The translations under genes were made by a program, and so were the position numbers. A model generated the notes under the pieces. That model saw only the letters and a list, made by a program, of their open reading frames with translations. It did no database searches and was not told the DNA's origin. 64,000 nucleotides of DNA from the human T2T-CHM13v2.0 reference genome, Homo sapiens, in NCBI RefSeq assembly GCF_009914755.1, contig NC_060928.1; one strand, written 5' to 3'. Below, piece by piece: positions 55,832-64,000 of this stretch; positions within the stretch are counted from its first letter, which is position 1; every line of letters starts with the position of its first letter.

Positions 55832-57318
55832 TAATATACTATTCCTATAAGCTCTTGCTCTCAAGTCTCCATTATAACTTATAAAATTTTTTTGTCTTGT
55901 AAAAAGATAAATATATATTTTAACTTCAGAGGTCATTGTTTGTGTGGCATAATTATTTCCTTAAAAGCTTCTTATAAGATAATCACAAAAATAACTCATA
56001 TTTCCTAAAGGCAAAGTATTTAAATATGTCATAGAGTAATAGTGACGTAGAACTCAAGCTAGTTAGGATTTCTTTGAAAATAGCGGAATGAATCTTTTAG
56101 TCATTTTAACCTCAATGACTTAAAAATGGCTTTAGGAATAATATGAAATCAAATAGCCAAGAATAACATACATATACATATACGACATAAACAAAATAAT
56201 CAAGTCAAAATCTTTTTTGGGTCAGAGTGGGAGACAAGGAGTTTATAACACAAAATATCCCCAAGAATTCTCAGAAAGGATCTGAGAACTGGGTCCAAGT
56301 TCTCTTTGCATTTGTTGCAACTTTAAAATGTAACTTGAATCCCTCTGCAAAATCCTGGCTTTTGTGTTGGAAGGCCAGCTTGATGGAGATACTTTGCATT
56401 GCATGTGGAAGCTCCAGAGCAGGTACAGATTTGGTTACCACTGTCAGAAATGGCTTAAGATCTGCAGAATGTGGATGTTTGAGCTACCTTCTTCTTCAAG
56501 TGATTATAGAAAATTTCACTGTGTAGGAAGAGATAAGTAGTGAAACAGAAATCTTTACCACAGACAAGTGGTAAACCAAACTATGATCCATGGGTCACTA
56601 TAAATTTGGGTCTATAAAATTAAATGTCTGTGAAAAAATAATTGTATCTTCAAAATGTTTAGGAAACACACTGTATCATACACCACTAGAGAAGGTCTCA
56701 ACCCACATTAACATACTGAAGTCCTTTGATAGGAAAAATCTTGCACTTAATGTATCTTATCTTTTACCTCAAATAATCAGCCAGAAACACCCACCTCCAC
56801 TTGCTTAAGTTTATGGTTTGCTTATTTAGGAAAAAACATTAAGTGAATGTCTGATCATGGGAAAGTGAGGTGTCTTTTGGGGTCATGATCTCCTCTATTG
56901 AATATAGTTTCCTACTTATTATGCAATGCAAATGAAAAATGTAATAGCTGTGATTTTACATGAAATGTGATTCTGAATATGCATGCAGTCAAATAATCAC
57001 ATTAACTCTCTGCAAGTGATCTGTACAAAGGAGTGTTTTTCCATTATTCCAGGATTTGCTATTGTTAAGGAGCTTCAAATAAAGATAAATTCCTTCATAT
57101 TATGGAATTCTGAAAATATATTTAGAATTAACAATTATAATTTTGATAAATATTATAGTATATTTCTTAAAGCATCTTATTCTTGCTGAGAAATCATGAA
57201 AAACAACTATTAAGTTAATGAAAACAACTTTTAAGTTGTTAATGAAATGTGGATTAATTCAAATTTTCATGATCAATTTTATAAACTTTTTGAAAATTTT
57301 CATATGATACGTGGTTGA

Positions 57319-57656
<338 letters not shown>

Positions 57657-58394
57657 TACATACATCTTTAAATGTGTACCCCCAAAACCACTTTCAAAGG
57701 CTGAATATCAAATTATGAGTCAGTTTATATACATTTGAGGCATTAAGGCTTATTTATTTTTTAAGCTCAAATGTAGTAGAATTTTCTCAGTGCACCGCCA
57801 GTAGGATAAATATAACTAATTTTAGATTTTGTTATAAATATGAAAACCATTATTATTCATATAGGACCATAATTGGTTATAGAAACTAGAAGAAAAACAT
57901 ATATACTAAAATCCATAGTATAGCAAAATATTTTAAGATGGATTTTTCTTTACTTGGCAGATAAATCTTTTTCTTGTGGAAAGTCTCTCCCTCTGACAAA
58001 AACTTAAGAGTTTCAAAAACAAAAACTCCTGTGATATCTTGTTGTCACCTCGACTCAGCCCTATTTAAAGTCTAATTATGATGCACATTTATAACAAAGT
58101 AGGTGACATAATCTAATAAACACCTGCTAGTCTACCAAGTGATTTTCTGTAGATGAAGGGAAGCTAGTGAGACACTCATGAAAGAGAACAGCAATACCAA
58201 AAATGCATGAATGGTAACATTTTCCAGTACAGCTCTCATTTCCCAACAAGAGACAGAAACAGAATAATTATTTTCTGTATGAATGGTATCCTTTGGAGTT
58301 CTGTGACTGACATTATCTACCTTTGACATTATTTCTTTAATAAAGACATTTTGGTGTAATTTAACTTTAAGAGAACTATGTTGCCATGCTTACC

Positions 58395-58850
58395 TATTCA
58401 AGAAATATTTAAGCAGCTAATATAGTCCAGCTGTTGTAGGGACTGGAGATTCAGTTTTGAATGAAACAAACAGTCCTTTGGTTAGGAGTTTGTATTTCAG
58501 TGACACAAACAATAAACAAAGAAATTACTAATACATTGCAGTTGAACCTGTGGGAAGCCATTGGAGAGTTTTGAGCAGATACATAATATTCATGATTTAT
58601 ACCTTAAATATTTGGCCACTGTATGAAGAATTGCCTGGGTCAGAGCTGGAGAAGAATGAAATAGGAAAACATGTAGAGGAGAAAAACAGGTTAGCCAATT
58701 GAGAAATGAGGGTCCTGGAGTTTGTAGTAAAGCAGGAAGAAAGTGGTCAGATTTGGGACGTAGTTTGAAGATAAAGTTTCTAGAACTCTTAATATCAAAT
58801 GATACATTAAATGCAGGTTGTGAAAGAATTGAATGTAGCATATGATGACT
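58395..58850 (-). mobile_element. L2 fragment
   Basis: attcaagaaatatttaagcag...gggaagccattggagagttttgagcag...aagtggtcagatttggg. Confidence 0.75.
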
Positions 58851-60989
58851 TCTGATTTGTTCCCAGGCTTTATGTATCAGATGAACACTGTTTGCAAAGT
58901 ACCAGCTACCTTTATTCTTCAGTAGAGAAGTGTCTCTTCAAAATCCCTGTCTAGCCTTTAGTGAGTTGACTTCATCGGCATAAATCAGGTGTTCTTAATC
59001 TATGACATTTTTGACACTTCCATTTTTTTTTATGTCTGCGTTTTCATGAGAGCTCAAGAAGTGGGGAATAGAAGCAATTTTGTTCCAATATTTTGAAGAA
59101 AAGATGATAGAATGAGTAATCAAGCAAAATAACTATCCTAATTCTTTTAAAATTTAAGAAGCATAGTAGATACAGGTTCATTGTGGAGGAAATATCAAAT
59201 TGAAACAAATTTCTAATTTTACATAAGGAATCTAAAACAATGAAGAATAAAAAACACATTATTACTAGCACTTTTATTCCATTCACTGAATTATTAAAAT
59301 AAAACTCCTAATTATTATTTTACTAACTATAGCTCATTTAATATTATAAAAATTCACAAAGTATTCAAATTTATGGATACAACATTCTTTGTATTGTATA
59401 AATGAAGTATAGTAGCTCTTTTAAATAAGCTCTTAAGGAATCCCTTGACCAAAAGATATTTTATAAACTACAAGGATGTTTTATTAACTGATTCTTTAGT
59501 TTGACATTGCAAATATCTCTTATCTTGGGCCAGCAGTGAGATAAAGTCACTTAAAAAAATCTTACATCCCACATTATTTTACATTAATCACTAGAATTAC
59601 GTTTAGAAATTTTTGAGTGATCTTTATTCTTCCTAATTGTTGCATGTATCAAGCAAGACAGATATATTTCTACAATATCTTTGTTAATAACTAACACATC
59701 ACACATTTACATAATACACTTTTTGGGACAATTTCTGTGGTAACATTTCATGGCTAATAGGAAGCAATTTGCTTTTCTTTATTAAGTGCATTAAAACTTT
59801 ATGCCCCAGACATCATTGACAGTAAACATTTGATTCTGCTCAAATTTAATGCACCGAGGCATTTCGCTGTGCCATATTAGGTTTATTTATGTGCTGTGTT
59901 CTGCATTGTTAGCTGCTAATGAGACTTCAACTCTTATTGCTCTAAGGCCTGAACACTAACCTCATTTTAATGAGTTCATTATTTGCTGTCTTCTGAGAGG
60001 AAGACAACAAATTTTCCTTTTAATTAAAGGTCAAAACACCTCTGGCGAAGTAAAGAGAAGAGGTTATCAAACCCTGGGAGAAGATGAGAGATAGCTCTTT
60101 CGGATTTCTAAGCTAAGCAGAATGAGTATAGACTGGTGTAGGCCCTGGTTTCTCAAGACTATAGACAGTCGATCAATCTCTCGAGACCATGGTGCACTTA
60201 TTTAAGACAAATGAGAATAATACAACATGATAGCTAATGTGCCTAAGACTTTGTAAAAAATGAAAGTCAGCCAAAGTAATTAAAGAGGCTTTACTCCTAA
60301 CCAAAAGGGCCTTGTGGATCAATACCACTGCAGGAGCAAGACTCCTCTTTTGCATGACGAATGAGTTATGGGGTGAAGAGAACAAATGCCACATTAACTG
60401 AGCCAAGAAAAACTATTCTCAAATATTTTACCACTGAAAGTAAAGCAAAGGCAAATAAATATTTTGAAGAACTATTTTTTAATAACATAAAGGGTATGTG
60501 GACACAGCATGTGATATAGGAATACACATTGTATATTCAGAAAAACCTGGCTGCTAAAATGTGACATTCCTGGAAATATCAGTTGTTATTCACATTTGCA
60601 GGCAATGCATACCTCTAGCCACAAGAGAAAAGCGAAATCTCAATAATATCAAAACAGATAATATGAACAACTTGTTACTTATATAAAATTTAATACAAAT
60701 GAAATTAACAGACTTAGGCACAAAATTAAATGGAGTATTTATACTTAACAAATAATGTGCTTATATTACAAACCAAAAATTTTCATGGTGCTCTGATGAC
60801 ATACACATTCTACATATGGATTATTTGAATCTTGTACTACACTGCTTTTTAATTAAAATTTAACCTAATTCTAATAAAATATTTTTATTTGTACATATGC
60901 CTTCAATAACTTTAATGTGTGAGATCTGGCATATACCTTTTTATGTTTCTAGTATTGTTTCTGGTTTAAAGTATATAATCAGTATATCT

Positions 60990-61482
60990 TTTTCTTCAAT
61001 ACATTGTTTATTACAGAAAAATCTCAAAAATAGTACGGTTCCCATATACCGAATACTTATTGCATTATATGTTAGTATGGTACAGTTGTCACAATTAACG
61101 AACCAATATTGGTACATTATTATTAGCTGAAGTACATACTTTATTTTTTTTCAGTTTTTCCCTAATTTCCTTTTTCTGTTCCAGGATCCCATCAGGATAA
61201 CACATTACATTTATTTATAGTTTTTACATCTCCTTAAGCTACTCTTGCCTGCAACATTTAAAGGTATCTTAATTTTTTTAAGAGATGTTTTAGGTTTACA
61301 GAAAAACTAAGCAGAAATTACAGAGTTCTATGTCCCCTGTCTTCTCACTCCCGCCCCACCACCCAGATTCCTCTGTTGTTGACAGTTTCCATTATGTGAT
61401 GCATTTATTACAATTTATGAATGAATGTTAACACATTACTCTTAATTAAAGTTCCGAATTTACATTAGGATTCACTGGGTTG
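60990..61482 (-). mobile_element. Two adjacent L1MC/L1MD-type 3' fragments
   Basis: ttttctgttccaggatcccatcaggat...; gttttaggtttacagaaaaactaagcagaaattacagagttc. Confidence 0.65.
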
Positions 61483-61483
61483 T

Positions 61484-61651
61484 ACAGGTGACCCTTCACA
61501 GAACATGTTTGAACTATATGGGTCTGCTTATAGGAAGGTTTTTTTTTTTTTTCAATAAATAAAGTTGACCTTTTGTTTCCATGGGTTTCACATCTGCCAC
61601 AAAACTCAGATAGAAAATACAGTATTTACAGGATGCCAAACCTGTGGATAC
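61484..61651 (+). mobile_element. TcMar-Tigger fragment (Tigger2/MER2B-like)
   Basis: TA|caggtgacccttcacagaacatgtttgaact...gaaaatacagtatttacaggatgccaaacctgtggatac. Confidence 0.7.
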
Positions 61652-64000
61652 TATGCATAATCTCCATTGAGCATTTTACAATTTTCAAAAGGTCATTATA
61701 TGGTATTTCATTTAACTTTTACAATAATTCTATGCACATTTATTTCACAGATAAGTTTTACAATTAATTTAGAAAGGGGTGTTGCTTAACCAGTCTCTAA
61801 ATCTCTGATCTAAACTCTAAATCTCTGATCCCAAATCTGTTCTTTACATTTCCTATGAGAACTCTAGCTCCTGGGTATAGGTGGCATCAACTACTCACTG
61901 ATGGTCAGCTGAATTGTAAATATTTTATCTGATATTTGTATATTTTACTTAAAAAATAACCACTTCAGTTCCAGAATTCAATGTTCCAAAAGAAAGAATT
62001 AAAATTCACAGAAATGAAATAGTATTTAAATAATTATATATCTTTCTAACTTAGTTTCATGGTGTACTATAGATAGTAAGTGCTTAGAATTTCAAATAAA
62101 GAGATGACACTCATATTGCAAAGGCTCCATATTTTATTTATAATTTTAGCTGAGGCATTACAAATATTTTTGCTTATTATTCTTTTTTAGATGCTAAGAT
62201 CCTAGGATTTTGGGGAATATAGAAATGACATCTGGGTGTGCACTACTAAAGTGGATCTAATTTTGAAAGTTTAGGATTCATCTATTTGGACAATATCTGT
62301 ATTAGTTGTGCATTTCTTCATGTATCTGTAAGAATTGGAGTAGGCAAAAAACTTACTTGAACGTTCCTTCACCTTGTAGCCTTAAAATTATTGTTTCTGT
62401 TTTAAGTAATACTAGTTATAGAGGTAGTGCTGGGTACCAAGTGGAGAAATCAGAAATAGAAAGTGGCTCACTCAGCATTAATTGCAGTTTGGTATCACAC
62501 TTCCCAATTGGACATATATTCTGTTGCCTTTACACCTATTTTTGTTGGAGAATATATGTTTTCCTTAAATCTGCTTTTGACATAGAAATACATGTAAAAT
62601 ACTTAAAAATATCTTAGCCTCTGTTTTAAAAACCAAATGATGAAGGCAACTGCTCATCTAGGTGTTGTGTGAAATATGGAAACCTGTGCATTCATAAAGT
62701 CTATCTTCCGCTAATCAACTGTCTAAAAAAGTTCCATCCTTGTCCATAAATTTAGCTCCTTAAAGACATTGCTTTTCTAGTTTTCAGTTGTACCACTGCA
62801 ACTCAGGATGCAAAATAAAATTGGGAATTTTGTTTTTATTCATGATTCATAAGTGATCACATACATTCCATATCTTCTCTAACAACAGTGTCTATTGACA
62901 AATCTTAAGGAAATTGCTAAAAGTATGATGCTTCCTCTATTCCATTTTTCAAAGCCATATTGAATCCAGACATTTGGCCCAGACATTGATGCCATATTGT
63001 TAAAACACATTTGTATAAATTCCAAAAAGAATATCTGACTTTCTGATAGAGTATTCTGCTTTGTAAAAATTCATATTCTTGTTTCTATTTAATGAAACTT
63101 GTATTGCTGGAGTACTTAGTAGCCACTTAGAACTGCTCCGTGATCTTAGCAAGAAAAAAATAATAAAGTAACTGTTCTTACATTTAAAATATGTAATTTT
63201 CTGCTGAACAAACAAAACAGAATAAAGTTGTCTAAAAAATTTTATGTTCCATATGACTTAACACCTTCTGGTATACCATATAATTTAGCATTATATATCT
63301 AAACTTTCTCCCAGCCACTTGAATGAGAGCAGAGAACCTTTCTTTCTTTGCAAGTATACATACACGCTTGGAATATTTGGCTTCACCTCAAATCTCCTTG
63401 CTTTTTTTCTGTCTTTCTTTGTACCATGATGCATCCCATGAGCCTAAAAGTACTTAGAACACAGAGTGATCAATAAGTGTGTATGGGATGAATGCTAGTA
63501 GCGTTTGAAACTGATGGAAATCAGTTACAAGGAGGTAGGTGCTCAACACTCATGTCCCCAGGGTAAAGAAATTTCCAGTGTTGCTGTAATTACTGTCAGT
63601 TGACTGAGATGAATAGGAAATCATGTTCAAATACAAAAATGTTTTCCTTAGTTACCGAACCATTGTATACAGCTGGGTTTTGGAGCCTTTGGGGTTAGAT
63701 GATGATACAACAAGAATAAGACTGCAATATGAAGAATACTTTGAGCTTGGAAAAAATCTTATCCTCTTGGGTTTAAAAAACATTAATGGCTTTCATTTTT
63801 CCTGTTAATTAATCAACAAGCCATCACTAACTATTTATGATTAACTAACCAGAAAATGACAGGCTGAATGAAGGGAATCATAAAATCTCCACAAATTTCT
63901 TAAGCAGCAGAAGAAAAATTCTTGACTAAATTATCTGCTTTTTTTGGGATAGGTCACTTCAGGAAGTCTGAAATTTTATCTGATTTATCAATATTATAGA

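Overview
This window is AT-rich, CpG-poor primate (very probably human) genomic DNA lying inside the minus-strand gene NDST4 (heparan sulfate N-deacetylase/N-sulfotransferase 4). It holds four internal coding exons with canonical GT-AG sites: 46213-46300, 39456-39610, 6333-6518 and 4221-4349 (88, 155, 186 and 129 nt; 558 nt in total, spliced in frame with no stop). They encode part of the N-deacetylase domain. The rest is intron filled with interspersed repeats: old L1M elements, Alus (including a young AluYa5-type copy), two complete MaLR proviruses, solo LTRs, L2, MIR and hAT/Tigger DNA transposons. No prokaryotic features, RNA genes or CRISPR arrays are visible, and almost all predicted ORFs are repeat-derived noise. 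I found no evidence of a wholly new biological system. The most notable oddities are: a multi-step templated insertion inside a THE1 element; sense-oriented THE1 LTRs with perfect DUX4 motifs upstream of an in-frame strong-Kozak ATG; inverted Alus around a stop-free exon block of 3n length; an ~80-bp direct repeat flanking one exon; two hAT elements sharing a triplicated 8-bp target site; and a 3x80-bp tandem repeat. Repeat subfamily names and exon numbers are from recall of consensus and gene models and need RepeatMasker/annotation confirmation.
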